In this document: positions 63,053 through 64,000 of the stretch, piece by piece | Layout: each line of letters starts with the position of its first letter | Position numbering within the stretch: position 1 is the first letter of the stretch | Source: a virus | Lineage: Duplodnaviria > Caudoviricetes | Reading direction: 5' to 3' (one strand) | Virus record (IMG/VR): IMGVR_UViG_3300028380_000013 | Span: 2,008-66,007 of that record | Length of the DNA stretch: 64,000 nt | Translations under genes and position numbers: made by a program | Notes under the pieces: model-generated | Database searches by the model: none | What the model was told of the DNA's origin: nothing | Seen by the model: the letters and a program-made list of their open reading frames with translations, nothing else

Positions 63053-63105
63053 GAGCTACGCTCCTTTTCGTAAATGCGAACACTAGCGAGCGAGCGTAAG
63101 CGAGA

Positions 63106-63834
63106 CTAGCTATCGGGATACTTGTCGCGGCCCGGTGAGACAAGCGGTGTTCCGTCTGCGCGATACCAGACGCCGTTTAGCTCGTACTCGCCCGCGCCGA
63201 TCTCGGTGACGGTGTTGAGATCGAGCGTGGGAGTAGGAGTGCCGGAAATGGCTGTCCGAGCAGTCGCAGCGAGCGTGGTGCGATCGGGGAGAGAGGGCGG
63301 CAGGAGATCGAGCAGTTGTGGCGGCGTTGCTGCTTCGTTCGTGAGATACGAGTGAAGTTCGGTGACGGTATCGGGAGAGTAGAGACGTTGACGGAGACGA
63401 TAGTTCGCGGCTAGCTCGGAGTCGGCTAGCTCGGAGGCAATGATCGCCGTTTCCCACTGATAGGCAATCAAGCGAAACACTTCGATGAGATCGGAGAGAT
63501 CGGTGCGCAGTTGACGAGCAGCGGTGAGCTTTTCGAGAATGATGCGATCGTTCTCGTTTGCGACTGCTGAGCCGAGAGTACCAGGGAGATCGCCCACGAG
63601 ATCATCGATGCCGAGATGTTTTGCGGTGATGCTGTAGAGTGTTGCGATGATCTTCGTGTTGAACATATTTCCAGAAAGTGTTGCGTAGACACTCGCTGGA
63701 GAAACCGAAATTTCCTTGACTACTTGGTTGACAAGTTTCGGAATTTCGGGCTTGTGCTCGATGACGAAATTTAGCTGTCGTTCGTACTTCTCGCGCGCTG
63801 CGGGCGAGAGAGAAAAGCGCTGCCGGTGAGACAT
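63106..63834 (-). CDS. putative HTH DNA-binding early protein
   Basis: VKEISVSPASVYATLSG; GAAAGGA RBS; first gene after a promoter. Confidence 0.5.
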   Translation of the reverse strand: MSHRQRFSLSPAAREKYERQLNFVIEHKPEIPKLVNQVVKEISVSPASVYATLSGNMFNTKIIATLYSITAKHLGIDDLVGDLPGTLGSAVANENDRIILEKLTAARQLRTDLSDLIEVFRLIAYQWETAIIASELADSELAANYRLRQRLYSPDTVTELHSYLTNEAATPPQLLDLLPPSLPDRTTLAATARTAISGTPTPTLDLNTVTEIGAGEYELNGVWYRADGTPLVSPGRDKYPDS

Positions 63835-63880
63835 TTTCGTTCCTTTCAGCTAACGACGCGCCGCTACGTGCGACACTGAG

Positions 63881-63909
63881 AGTATATCATAGCATGTTAG
63901 AAGGTGCAA
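63881..63909 (-). promoter_or_regulatory. sigma70-like promoter
   Basis: TTGCAC-N17-TATACT. Confidence 0.65.
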
Positions 63910-64000
63910 CACAAAACGAAAGGTGACAGAATAGAGTAGGTGCTGACTTAGAAGCATTATCGCTGATTCTGGTCAGCGCTGGTCACGCTTGCTGTGATTA

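Noticed and set aside
33400-64000. Integrase/repressor lysogeny module or tRNA genes
   Set aside because: No tyrosine or serine recombinase motifs and no cloverleaf seen; such genes could lie outside the window
1-64000. Terminal repeats or a complete circular genome; alternative genetic code
   Set aside because: The window ends do not match, and all core genes are intact in code 11

Overview
The window holds most of a tailed dsDNA phage genome (siphovirus-like, long tape measure) arranged as two convergent arms. The + strand (102-33405) carries TerS/TerL, portal, a MuF head protein with a C-terminal HExxH domain, an appendage cassette (FN3-glycoside hydrolase and a 14-aa repeat protein), scaffold, capsid, tail and lysis genes. 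The - strand (about 33230-63910) carries replication and nucleotide metabolism genes (PolA, separate 5'-3' exonuclease, primase-helicase, a thymidylate-synthase-family enzyme with a cytosine-type Asp, dCMP deaminase, dNMP kinase-UDG fusion, dUTPase/dCTPase-like and MazG-like enzymes, an NDT-family hydrolase, an MT-A70 methyltransferase) and many small early genes driven by an array of sigma70-like promoters. I see no integrase, tRNA or CRISPR array, so a virulent lifestyle is likely but unproven. The host is unknown. The most notable signals are: (1) a ~190-nt promoter-driven structured RNA at 56045-56225 with a possible group-I-intron-like P3/P7 pseudoknot; (2) a probable cytosine-modification pathway; (3) a repeated regulatory pattern of promoter, leader hairpin, long intergenic hairpin and TTTACAGAAAGG start motif; (4) a MuF toxin-like domain with a coupled small partner gene. 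All family assignments come from motif recognition by eye, not database searches.
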